Assembly (NCBI GenBank): GCA_965216875.1
Contig: OZ244207.1
Span: forward strand, 6,976,001 to 7,040,000
Source of the DNA: Rubripirellula sp.
GTDB lineage: Bacteria > Planctomycetota > Planctomycetia > Pirellulales > Pirellulaceae
Length of the DNA stretch: 64,000 nucleotides
Direction: 5' to 3'
Of this stretch, positions 18,114 to 26,682 are shown piece after piece; position 1 is the stretch's first letter; each line of letters starts with the position of its first letter. The notes below the pieces were generated by a model. The model saw only the letters and a list, made by a program, of their open reading frames with translations, did no database searches and was not told the DNA's origin. Position numbers and translations under genes: made by a program.

Positions 18114-20387
18114 ATGCGATCCCGATCACTTGCGATTCAGTCGCTCGATCCAAGGCTACTCTTGGCGGCCGACATGATGCCCGCCGATGTCGATCTCAAT
18201 AGCGATGGTCAAGTCACTTCCGCCGATGCCGCGATCATCTTTGAAGCATTGTCACACGGATCGAGCGATCCGACCCTCGACATGACCGGTGATGGCCAAG
18301 TGACAGCGTTCGATGCATTGCATGTCATCAACCGCATCGAAACTGCCGAGGCTCCAGCGGAAGGGTTGGCACCTCTGGTTTCGATTCAAGATGCTCAAGT
18401 GATCGAAGGCCATGCTGGATCGGTCGAATTGCGTTTTCCGGTGACGATTTCGGATGAGCCTTCGAGCGATGTGACCGTTCAAGTCTCGGTCACCAACGGA
18501 ACGGCCGAAGCGCTTCGTGTCGAACGGGTCACGAATCAGTTATTTCGTCCGATCTACGCAACGAGTGCTCCCGGGTTGCCCAATCATTTGTTCGTCGCCG
18601 AACAACGTGGTGATATCGAGGTGATCGATTTGCAAACCGGTGGCGTGCAAAGTCCCAAGTTCCTCACCATCAACGGTTTGGCCTCCGGTAACGAACAAGG
18701 TCTATTGGGGCTCGCGTTTCACCCGCAGTACGAGCAGAACCGTTTGCTTTACGTGTACCTGACCGTTTCCAATCGTGACACGGTTGTTCGAGAGTATCAG
18801 GCCAACGCAAATGGATTGACGGCGAATCCTGCGACCGCACGCACCATCATGCGTATTGATCAACCCTTCTCAAATCACAACGCGGGTTGGATGGATTTTG
18901 GTCCCGACGGTTACTTGTACATTGCTTCGGGTGATGGAGGTTCAGGCAATGATCCTCAGAACAACGCCCAGGACATCACCAACAACCTTCTCGGCAAGAT
19001 GCTGCGCATTGATGTTGAGGGAGATGACTTTCCGTCCGACGCCAACCGCAACTACTCGATTCCTGCCGGCAATCCGTTTGTCGGTGTCACGGGGGATGAC
19101 GAGATTTGGTCCTACGGATTGCGAAACCCTTGGCGCAACAGTTTTGATCGCGAAACGGGTGACCTGTATATCGCTGATGTCGGTCAGAATGTTCGTGAAG
19201 AAATCAACGTCCAGCTGGGCGACAGTAGCGGCGGTGAAAACTATGGATGGCGGCCTCGTGAAGGAACGATCCAAACGCCGTCCTCGGTTGGCGGTCCGAA
19301 ACCTCCTGGGGCAATCGATCCCATTTACGATTACCTCCATGCATCAACGTCGACAGGCGGGTACAGCGTGACCGGTGGTTACGTCTATCGTGGTCCCATC
19401 GAAGAACTGCGGGGCAACTATTTCTTTGCAGATTTCGTGAACCCACGGGTTTGGTCGTTGCGGTTCAACGGTGACGATCCATCCGTCCACAACGGTACGA
19501 ACTTCGACGATTTCACCGATTGGACGACGCTGCTGCGTCCCGATGTGAGTCAGATCAACAGTATCTCGTCGTTCGCCGAAGACGCTGCCGGAAACCTGTA
19601 TATCGTCGATCTCGGGGGCGAGCTGTTTCGCATCACCGAGGGCGCCGACTACCTTGTGCCACCGACGACAGTGACGATTCCCGCGGCGACTCAGGCCGCA
19701 GAAGTGGTCGTGCCGATTTTGGGTGACCGGTTGGCCGAATTGAATGAGACGTTCACCGTCACGCTTAGCAGTCCCAGCGAAGGTTCCATTGATGATGGTG
19801 TCGCGATCGGGACGATCATCAATGACGATGCACCAAAAGTGAAACAGGTGGTTGTCAACGGCGGCGACAACCAACGATCGATTGTCGATACGTTGGCGGT
19901 GACGTTTGATTCGCCCGTCGCGCTAGACGAAAGCCAAGGCCCAGCCTTTGAAGTGCGCAATCTCGGTCAAGACGTCGCCGCGAATCTGACCAAAACCTCA
20001 CAAGTGATTGATGGGGAAACGGTTGTCACGATTCAATTCCTATCGGGGCCGACGGTTGACGATCGAGGTGCGATGTCGCCTTCGCTTGCGGCCGGCGCGT
20101 ATCAACTGAATGTGTTCGGTTCTGCGGTCAACTTGGAAGGTGTTGCACTTGATGGAGATTCAAGTGGCGACGCAGGCGGTGATTTTCAATTCGTTGACGA
20201 CTTCTATCGCAAGTTTGGCGATGGCGATGGCAACAACGTCGTCAACTTGTTCGATTTCGCCGCGTTTCGAGGCACGTACAACCTCCCCTCGAGTGACCCA
20301 GCGTTCCTTCCGCACTTTGATTTCAACGGCGACGACAGCGTGAACCTGTTCGACTTCGCCGCGTTCCGCAACACGTTTGGAACGTAG
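18114..20387 (+). CDS. Extracellular protein: LEPR-XLL-like leader, dockerin-like repeats, split Calx-beta, PQQ-type glucose/sorbosone dehydrogenase propeller, C-terminal dockerin-like repeats
   Basis: IQSLDPRLLLA; DLNSDGQVTSADA/DMTGDGQVTAFDALHVIN; EQGLLGLAFHP, NHNAG, FGPDGYLYIASGDGG, YGLRNPWR; C-terminal DGDGNNVVNLFDFAAFR and DFNGDDSVNLFDFAAFR. GGGGGGAA upstream of ATG 18114. Confidence 0.85.
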   Translation: MRSRSLAIQSLDPRLLLAADMMPADVDLNSDGQVTSADAAIIFEALSHGSSDPTLDMTGDGQVTAFDALHVINRIETAEAPAEGLAPLVSIQDAQVIEGHAGSVELRFPVTISDEPSSDVTVQVSVTNGTAEALRVERVTNQLFRPIYATSAPGLPNHLFVAEQRGDIEVIDLQTGGVQSPKFLTINGLASGNEQGLLGLAFHPQYEQNRLLYVYLTVSNRDTVVREYQANANGLTANPATARTIMRIDQPFSNHNAGWMDFGPDGYLYIASGDGGSGNDPQNNAQDITNNLLGKMLRIDVEGDDFPSDANRNYSIPAGNPFVGVTGDDEIWSYGLRNPWRNSFDRETGDLYIADVGQNVREEINVQLGDSSGGENYGWRPREGTIQTPSSVGGPKPPGAIDPIYDYLHASTSTGGYSVTGGYVYRGPIEELRGNYFFADFVNPRVWSLRFNGDDPSVHNGTNFDDFTDWTTLLRPDVSQINSISSFAEDAAGNLYIVDLGGELFRITEGADYLVPPTTVTIPAATQAAEVVVPILGDRLAELNETFTVTLSSPSEGSIDDGVAIGTIINDDAPKVKQVVVNGGDNQRSIVDTLAVTFDSPVALDESQGPAFEVRNLGQDVAANLTKTSQVIDGETVVTIQFLSGPTVDDRGAMSPSLAAGAYQLNVFGSAVNLEGVALDGDSSGDAGGDFQFVDDFYRKFGDGDGNNVVNLFDFAAFRGTYNLPSSDPAFLPHFDFNGDDSVNLFDFAAFRNTFGT

Positions 20388-20390
20388 CAA

Positions 20391-20561
20391 AGTCGTAGTG
20401 GACGAGGCAACGAGTCCCGTCAGAGTCGTAGTGGACGAGGCAACGAGTCCCGTCAGAGTCGTAGTGGACGAGGCAACGAGTCCCGTCAGAGTCGTAGTGG
20501 ACGAGGCAACGAGTCCTAAGGCACTCATTCGCACAGGGACTCGTGGCCTCGTCCACTACGA
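20391..20561. repeat. Tandem 33-bp REP array (3 full units + one 27-bp unit) plus an inverted copy
   Basis: AGTCGTAGTGGACGAGGCAACGAGTCCCGTCAG at 20391, 20424, 20457 and partial at 20490. Inverted GGGACTCGTGGCCTCGTCCACTACGA at 20536-20561. Confidence 0.95.
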
Positions 20562-20573
20562 AGAACCGTATTA

Positions 20574-21515
20574 CTAGGGCTTTGCGGGTGCGAGAGCTGG
20601 TTCTTTGTCGCCTGTGCTTGCCGTTGGGACGTCGTCTGCTTCAAGGTCGCCAAGTGCGTATTGGATTCCGTCGCACATGTGCCTCAGGATGACAGGGTTC
20701 GAGAAGGTGTCTTCGCGGTGTCCAAAATTGGTATAGAAGACACGCCCTTTGCCGGCTTTGCGAACCCACGAGACGGGAACTTCGCGCGGTCCATCATTGA
20801 TTCGCTCTGAAACCTCTTTCTTGCTCATGTCGAGACTGACCAACAGTCGCAGTACTTCGGGACCTTGGTATGTTTCTGGCTTGTACTGATAGATTTCGTC
20901 TTTGTGCCAAAATCCGTTGCCGGCGAAGGCTTTGTTGAGCGTGTGGTCAGGGTCATCCAGTTTGAAAGCCCAGTTGCCGCCGGCATTCCAAGGGTGGCCA
21001 TTGAATTGTCCGCCGACCATCGCACAACATTCGGGGTGTTTGCCAAAGTTGTCGCTCGCCGCGTGGAAGCCAGCCAAGCCTTTCCCGCTTTTCACAAAGT
21101 CAACGAACGCCTTTTCATGTTCGGAAGTCGGGAACTTCATGTGCGTTGTATTGTTTAGCAAAATGCAGTCGTACTGCGCGAGGTTGTCTGGCGTGAAGAC
21201 ATCGTAGGTGTCAGCAAGATCGACTCGAAACGCGCCGGTCTGCTCGCCGATCTGTTGGATCGCATGGTTTCCATAGGGAATGGAACCGTGGATGAATCCT
21301 TCACAGCGAAAGAACATCAAGATGCGCCGTTGCTGTTTCGGTTTGGCCGTTGTCTCGCGAGGAATTGCGTCGGCAATCTTCTGTTTTTGACTGTCGCTAA
21401 GTGGCTTGAACCGAGCCGCCTTTTTCTCGAGCCAAGGATCAGGCTTTTGAGCCATTGCTTGTGGGGCGACACAGACTGAAATGAGAAGGGCGCAAACGGA
21501 GAAGAGTCGTTTCAT
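20574..21515 (-). CDS. ThuA-domain (trehalose-utilisation family) exported protein
   Basis: Signal MKRLFSVCALL...AMA; GFIHGSI, GKGLAGFHAA, GHPW, DEIY, GRVFYTNFGH. Confidence 0.85.
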   Translation of the reverse strand: MKRLFSVCALLISVCVAPQAMAQKPDPWLEKKAARFKPLSDSQKQKIADAIPRETTAKPKQQRRILMFFRCEGFIHGSIPYGNHAIQQIGEQTGAFRVDLADTYDVFTPDNLAQYDCILLNNTTHMKFPTSEHEKAFVDFVKSGKGLAGFHAASDNFGKHPECCAMVGGQFNGHPWNAGGNWAFKLDDPDHTLNKAFAGNGFWHKDEIYQYKPETYQGPEVLRLLVSLDMSKKEVSERINDGPREVPVSWVRKAGKGRVFYTNFGHREDTFSNPVILRHMCDGIQYALGDLEADDVPTASTGDKEPALAPAKP

Positions 21516-21620
21516 GGCGAGCATCCGTTGAAGGGTGGGTCGGCGCTTTTGCATCCGAGACAGGTGGGAAGGCCCCAAGTATACACACTCGAAAAAACGC
21601 GTTCTCGTTTGGCAATTGTC

Positions 21621-22331
21621 CTACTGAACCGCTTCGACCGTGAACCTTGCTTTTAGCACGGTGATCGGGGTGGACAGACGCCCGAGTCTCGCGGTGACTC
21701 GGCGTGTTTCGGCGATCGGGACGGGGGTGTCGAACCGGTAGTTGGTACTGTGATGAGCACCGAAGAACAGAGGGCCGATCACATCGGCTCGATAGTCGTG
21801 ACGCACCAACAAACCCGTTGAGTCAAAGTACAACGCTTGCTGTTGGCTGTGCGTGTCAGCGCCGGGTGGAAAGACCACCCCAAGGCGAGATCCACCGTCA
21901 TTGAACTGAGCCGCGCGGTTGACTCGAAGGGACTGTAACGAGAATGGAAAACTGAAATAGTCGCACAGCGCGTAGCCAAAGAAATAAGCAGCATCCTTCG
22001 GCGACCATCGACGAAGTTTCTTGAGTCCGTCGAAGGATTGCCGGTAGGCCTTGTGTCGGTCCTCACCACAGAGGATCGAGCCCGAATCAAATTCGATGTC
22101 TTGCCCGTCATCGCCCAAGGCGACAAACCTCGCCTGTTGGCGACGCGGTGAAACCTGAACTTCGGTAGGACGCCGAAACGTGCGTCCAATCCCTTTGCAA
22201 ATTGGAATCGAACCCGAAAGTTGTTCGACACGAATCGTGATCCTGTTGCATGAAGCGAATGCGTCGAGGCCTCCATGTCTCGCGATCGCCCGCTCAACAA
22301 TCTCGCCGGCTATGTCAATCTTGTTGGTCAC
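21621..22331 (-). CDS. Conserved hypothetical protein
   Basis: AIARHGGLDAF...AAYFFGYAL...THS...YFDSTGLLVRHDY resembles a conserved uncharacterised family. GTG start chosen to avoid overlap; ORF extends to 22481. Confidence 0.65.
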   Translation of the reverse strand: MTNKIDIAGEIVERAIARHGGLDAFASCNRITIRVEQLSGSIPICKGIGRTFRRPTEVQVSPRRQQARFVALGDDGQDIEFDSGSILCGEDRHKAYRQSFDGLKKLRRWSPKDAAYFFGYALCDYFSFPFSLQSLRVNRAAQFNDGGSRLGVVFPPGADTHSQQQALYFDSTGLLVRHDYRADVIGPLFFGAHHSTNYRFDTPVPIAETRRVTARLGRLSTPITVLKARFTVEAVQ

Positions 22332-22344
22332 GTCGGTTTCGATG

Positions 22345-22773
22345 TCAGCGAACACCAAGTTGTCGCAACAACGCGACAACTTCGGCGTAGTGTGATGGTT
22401 TGGGGAGGTCATCGTACCGACTGTAGTGACCCTCGGCTGCGCTGGTTGCCAATTCCATCGCCGTGGTCCCGCCATCGACAATCACGCCCGTGTTCGCACC
22501 ACGCGCAACCAGCAGTGAGATCATTTCGGGTTTTGCGTAGAGGATCGCGTACCGCAGCGGCGTCGTTTGGCGATCGGGATCAAGGCCTTCGATATCGGCG
22601 CCGTGATCGAGAAGCACTTCGGCGACTCGTGGTTGGTTCCACAGAACCGCACAGTGAAGTGGCGGAGGCGTCCAGTTGTCGGGGTTGGCGAGCGATCGGT
22701 TTGCCACGAGCATTTCGGCGACGCGTTGGACGTTACCGTTTTCGATGGAGGACGCGAATTCTTGTGAAGACAT
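22345..22773 (-). CDS. Ankyrin-repeat protein
   Basis: PPLHCAV...LLDHGADIE, TTPLRYA...LVARGAN. Confidence 0.85.
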   Translation of the reverse strand: MSSQEFASSIENGNVQRVAEMLVANRSLANPDNWTPPPLHCAVLWNQPRVAEVLLDHGADIEGLDPDRQTTPLRYAILYAKPEMISLLVARGANTGVIVDGGTTAMELATSAAEGHYSRYDDLPKPSHYAEVVALLRQLGVR

Positions 22774-22806
22774 GGTTCGAATGAATCGAGGACTCGGTAG
22801 TGCTTT

Positions 22807-22884
22807 GTAAGCCGAACGCGCTAGCGTCGGGCCTTGCACTCTTCGCGGATCGCGCAAGGCCCGACGCTAACGCGTACGGCTCAC
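22807..22884. repeat. REP-like inverted doublet (GT(A/G)AGCCG..CGCGCTAGCGTCGGGCC family)
   Basis: Long hairpin. Related arms at about 46777-46803, 54125-54150 and 55683-55750. Confidence 0.8.
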
Positions 22885-22916
22885 GGACGAGCAGGACACG
22901 GATGCAATTTGCCTCA

Positions 22917-23924
22917 CTAGAACGTTGCGATCGGATTGAGTGGCGAACCGGTTCCGCCTTCGACAACGATTGGCGCGGCCGAAATCATAAACTCCCAGCG
23001 ACCAAGCTTGTCGCAGGTTTCTGCGAGCGCTTCCAAATCACAATTGTCGAAGATGTGAACGCCCATGGCGTGCAACGTAAAAACGTGAACCGGGTGAGTG
23101 ACCCCTTCGACGCCCGAGGGAATGACGTCAAGCGCCGCGTCGCTGCCCATCATCGCAACATCACGATCGCGAATCCACTGTCCGCATGATGCGTGAAGCC
23201 CGGCCATTCCTTCGGTTGACGGGTTCCACGGGCCGCGGAGAGCGCGACGCAACCATCGGCCTGTTCGAATGAAGACGACATCACCGGGTTCGATCTTCAG
23301 TCCCGTTTCCTGCTGCCAACGATCAAGTTCACTTGGCATGATCGGTGAGCCCGGTTCAAGAAACCGGATGCCTCTTAGTCGGGGGACGTCGACCAGCACT
23401 CCGCGGCTCAGGATGCCCGTTTGGACGTTGTCGATGCTGAGCTTTTCAGCTCCGGTTGGTCCAACTTCGTCGCGACCAAATCCGTTGTACATTTTGCCTT
23501 CGTAAAACAGATGGCAAAGCGAATCCATGTGAGTGTGCGCGAGGCCGTGGTAGGACACCGAATAATTGTCGACGGCCCAAGGCCCGTTTCCTTCACGACC
23601 GTTGGCAAGCATCGTGTGCTCGAACGGCTTGCCATTGTCCGCGGCTTGGCCGGTTTCCATCTTATGGGCAAGCGAAACGCTGATCCCTTTGTCGACCAAC
23701 CTAGCAGCTTGGCTTCGCTTTTGCGGGGTGATCAAGTTGAGTGTGCCCAGCTGATCCTCGTCGCCCCAGCGACCCCAATTCGAAATTTTGGCAATCAGCT
23801 GATCGACATCGCCTTTATTCTTGATGGTCGGATGTTGCGCCGCGCCGATGTTTGCGACGCAGCTGACAGCAACGAAAAGGCTCAGTCTAAGAAAGTGATG
23901 CGAGCTGGTTGTGCGGAGAGACAT
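22917..23924 (-). CDS. Cyclase / kynurenine-formamidase-family metal hydrolase with signal peptide
   Basis: SNWGRWGDEDQLGTLNLIT, HTHMDSLCH, GDVVFIRTG, GTGSPLNPIATF. Confidence 0.85.
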   Translation of the reverse strand: MSLRTTSSHHFLRLSLFVAVSCVANIGAAQHPTIKNKGDVDQLIAKISNWGRWGDEDQLGTLNLITPQKRSQAARLVDKGISVSLAHKMETGQAADNGKPFEHTMLANGREGNGPWAVDNYSVSYHGLAHTHMDSLCHLFYEGKMYNGFGRDEVGPTGAEKLSIDNVQTGILSRGVLVDVPRLRGIRFLEPGSPIMPSELDRWQQETGLKIEPGDVVFIRTGRWLRRALRGPWNPSTEGMAGLHASCGQWIRDRDVAMMGSDAALDVIPSGVEGVTHPVHVFTLHAMGVHIFDNCDLEALAETCDKLGRWEFMISAAPIVVEGGTGSPLNPIATF

Positions 23925-24057
23925 GTCGCGAGGCCTTTGGCTGTAACCGTCTGTATCGCTTGCATGAAGCTTTGAAGGTCGTGATTTGGGAAACCAATGG
24001 GCTCGAATATACAATGCAAAGTGCGGCAGAGCGAAACAAACGCCACGGATTTGACTC

Positions 24058-26682
24058 ATGCTCATCGATGTGCCAAGGACTGCAAATTTTCGAAGTGTGC
24101 TCGCGATCGTTCTGGTCGCTGCCTTTTGCTGCGCTCGTTTTCCAAACTTAGGGGCTCAAGAACTTGACGAAGAGCGAATCGCTTTTGAGCAGGATGGCGA
24201 AGAAGAGGAGGATGGCGAACCGCTTCGCGAACTTCAGTTTCGGATCGAAAAAGCAAAACGCGAGGCAGGTGTCCTGAAGCGGATGTCGGCCAACAACGAG
24301 CTGCGTCAATCGATCATGCAAAAGGTGCGACGCTTGCATCGCTCGATGCGTGAGGGCGAAGAACGTATCGAGCGAGCAGAAGAACGTGACGATGAGGTCG
24401 AGGTTCAGCGCATTGTCGAGAGCCTGCAGCGGGTCGAAGTGGATCTCGAGCAATCGCACTACCTTCTCGACTTGCGATCGGAAGAGTCCGAGCTGCTTGG
24501 AGTCATGTTTGACCTCAATCGTGACGAGGTCCACGAGCACATCGAGCCTCTTGAGGAACTCTTGAAGCTCTTGCATAAACGCATCTCACTTGTGCCCAAG
24601 ATCTTTGACGCCTATCGCAACGATGATGAACAGCGTGGCATCGAACTCGAAGGCGATATGGAATTTTTGACAGGTGAGTTTGAGTTGTTGGGCGAAATTG
24701 CGGCGCTCAAACGTGAACTGCATTGGATGCGTGAGGAAGGCGAGACCGACGAAGCCGAGGAAGTGGAACGCGAGCTCAGGGCACTTCAGCGAGAGCTGCG
24801 ACTACTGCGTGATGAGCCGAACGAACCGGAAGAGAATGAGCAGGTCCTCAGGAACAACCCGCTCGCTCAACCTGTCGCTCTGACAAAGCAAGAAGTCAAC
24901 GCGTTCTCGAGAGCGGACTTCGCCAGCCAAGTGCTTCCGACGCTCCGTAGCGCTTGTTTCGACTGCCACAGCGAGGCTGAAGCGGCCGGAGATCTGAATC
25001 TTGAATCGCTTGTGGCCGTCGAGCCGTTGGTTGCGGGACGTAAGGAATGGATCAATGTCATCGAACAACTCAAGAACCGCTCGATGCCGCCGTCCGATCA
25101 TGATCAACCCAGCGAGGAAGATCGCCGTTTGTTGGTCGGTTGGTTGACGCATGCGATCATCGATTTTGACTACAGCCAGGTACAGCACGTTGGCTTCGAG
25201 CCTGCGCGGCGTCTAACGCACGACGAGTACAACCATACGGTGAGCGATCTGTTTGGCATCGTGATGCGGCCCGCGGATCGATTTCCGGAGGACATGACGG
25301 CCAGCAGCGGTTTTGACAACAGTTCGAACAGTTTGTTTTTGCAACCTTTGTTGATGGAACGCTATGCAAACGCAGCGACGCGAATTGCGGATGCGGTGGT
25401 AGGTGATCCATCCTTTCTCGCCCGCTGGCGGCGAAGTGGCAAAGGCGACGCAAAGAATGCGCTGGCCAAGCTGATGTCTCGAGCGTACCGTCGAAAAGTA
25501 ACGTCGGAAGAACTGACGGCGATGTTGGCACGCTACGAACATACGCTTGCATCTGCGGATGAAGCGACTGCCCTCCGTGACGTGATTGAGATTCTGTTGG
25601 TTTCGCCCAACTTCTTGATTCGTACCGAGCGAGTGGGACACCCGTCCGAGCCGTTTTCTGTGACCGACATCGAACTTGCGAGTCGACTTTCCTATTTCCT
25701 TTGGGCGTCAATGCCGGACGATCGTTTGTATCGGCTTGGCGTTGACGGCACTCTTTCGAAGCCAGACGTCCTGGCTGCCGAAATCGATCGGATGCTGGAC
25801 GATCGACGTAGCCGATCCCTGGGAGAGCTTTTTGCATCACAGTGGCTCGGATTTGCCGACCTTGGTCGTCTGCGGCCTGATCAAATCGACAACCCCTGGG
25901 CGACGGATGCGCTGATCGAAGCGATGCACGACGAGTCGTCACTCTTCTTTTCGTCACTTGTCGAAGAGGACGCTTCGATTGAGCAGTTGGTCGATGCGAA
26001 GTACACGTTCCTGAACGAAGAACTTGCGCGGCACTACGGAATCGACGGCATCTCGGGGAAGCGAATGCGGCGCGTGGATGTCGAATTGCCGCGCGGCGGA
26101 TTGTTTGGTCAGGGGAGCCTCTTGGCGATCACTTCGTTTCCAGGCCGAACCAGTCCCGTGCTCCGGGGCAACTGGGTGCTTTCCGAGTTGCTCGGAACAC
26201 CGCCACCACCGCCGCCGCCAAACGTAAGTGAATTTGACGAAGCGATCAGTGAGAGCCGCAGGTTGAGTCAGAAACAGAAGTTGGAAATGCATCGCCGCAA
26301 TCCAAACTGCTATGCCTGCCACAGCCAGATTGATCCATTGGGATTCAGTCTGTCTAAGTTCGATTGGTTTGGACGGTATCGTCCGCGCGATCGAGGCCGC
26401 GAGGTTGATGACACCGGACAATTCCCCGACGGGACGACGCTCAAGGGGATTGAAGGCCTGCGCAAGGCCATTGCCCAGGAACGTATCGATGACCTTACGA
26501 TTCAAATGGTTCGCAAGATGTTGTCGTATGCGCTCGGACGACAACTCGAATACTACGATGAAGCGTCGGTCGCACAAATTGTCGCCAAGACCAATGAAGA
26601 CGATCGCAAGATTCGCACCATGATCCGCGAGATCGTCCTCAGTGACACGTTTCAAATGAAACAAACACAACCTGCAAAGTGA
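24058..26682 (+). CDS. Planctomycete cytochrome c + DUF1587/1595/1592/1588/1585 protein
   Basis: CFDCH...GDLNL...MPP; RRLTHDEYNHTVSDL; GFDN; LASRLSYFLWASMPD; RTSPVLRG; CYACHSQIDPLGF; YALGR. Confidence 0.92.
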   Translation: MLIDVPRTANFRSVLAIVLVAAFCCARFPNLGAQELDEERIAFEQDGEEEEDGEPLRELQFRIEKAKREAGVLKRMSANNELRQSIMQKVRRLHRSMREGEERIERAEERDDEVEVQRIVESLQRVEVDLEQSHYLLDLRSEESELLGVMFDLNRDEVHEHIEPLEELLKLLHKRISLVPKIFDAYRNDDEQRGIELEGDMEFLTGEFELLGEIAALKRELHWMREEGETDEAEEVERELRALQRELRLLRDEPNEPEENEQVLRNNPLAQPVALTKQEVNAFSRADFASQVLPTLRSACFDCHSEAEAAGDLNLESLVAVEPLVAGRKEWINVIEQLKNRSMPPSDHDQPSEEDRRLLVGWLTHAIIDFDYSQVQHVGFEPARRLTHDEYNHTVSDLFGIVMRPADRFPEDMTASSGFDNSSNSLFLQPLLMERYANAATRIADAVVGDPSFLARWRRSGKGDAKNALAKLMSRAYRRKVTSEELTAMLARYEHTLASADEATALRDVIEILLVSPNFLIRTERVGHPSEPFSVTDIELASRLSYFLWASMPDDRLYRLGVDGTLSKPDVLAAEIDRMLDDRRSRSLGELFASQWLGFADLGRLRPDQIDNPWATDALIEAMHDESSLFFSSLVEEDASIEQLVDAKYTFLNEELARHYGIDGISGKRMRRVDVELPRGGLFGQGSLLAITSFPGRTSPVLRGNWVLSELLGTPPPPPPPNVSEFDEAISESRRLSQKQKLEMHRRNPNCYACHSQIDPLGFSLSKFDWFGRYRPRDRGREVDDTGQFPDGTTLKGIEGLRKAIAQERIDDLTIQMVRKMLSYALGRQLEYYDEASVAQIVAKTNEDDRKIRTMIREIVLSDTFQMKQTQPAK

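Noticed and set aside
20391..20516. CRISPR array
   Set aside because: Units are contiguous and identical, with no unique spacers, leader or cas genes; the unit is a GTAG REP arm.
20160..20577. ORFs with 11-aa repeats
   Set aside because: Translations of the 33-bp REP array.
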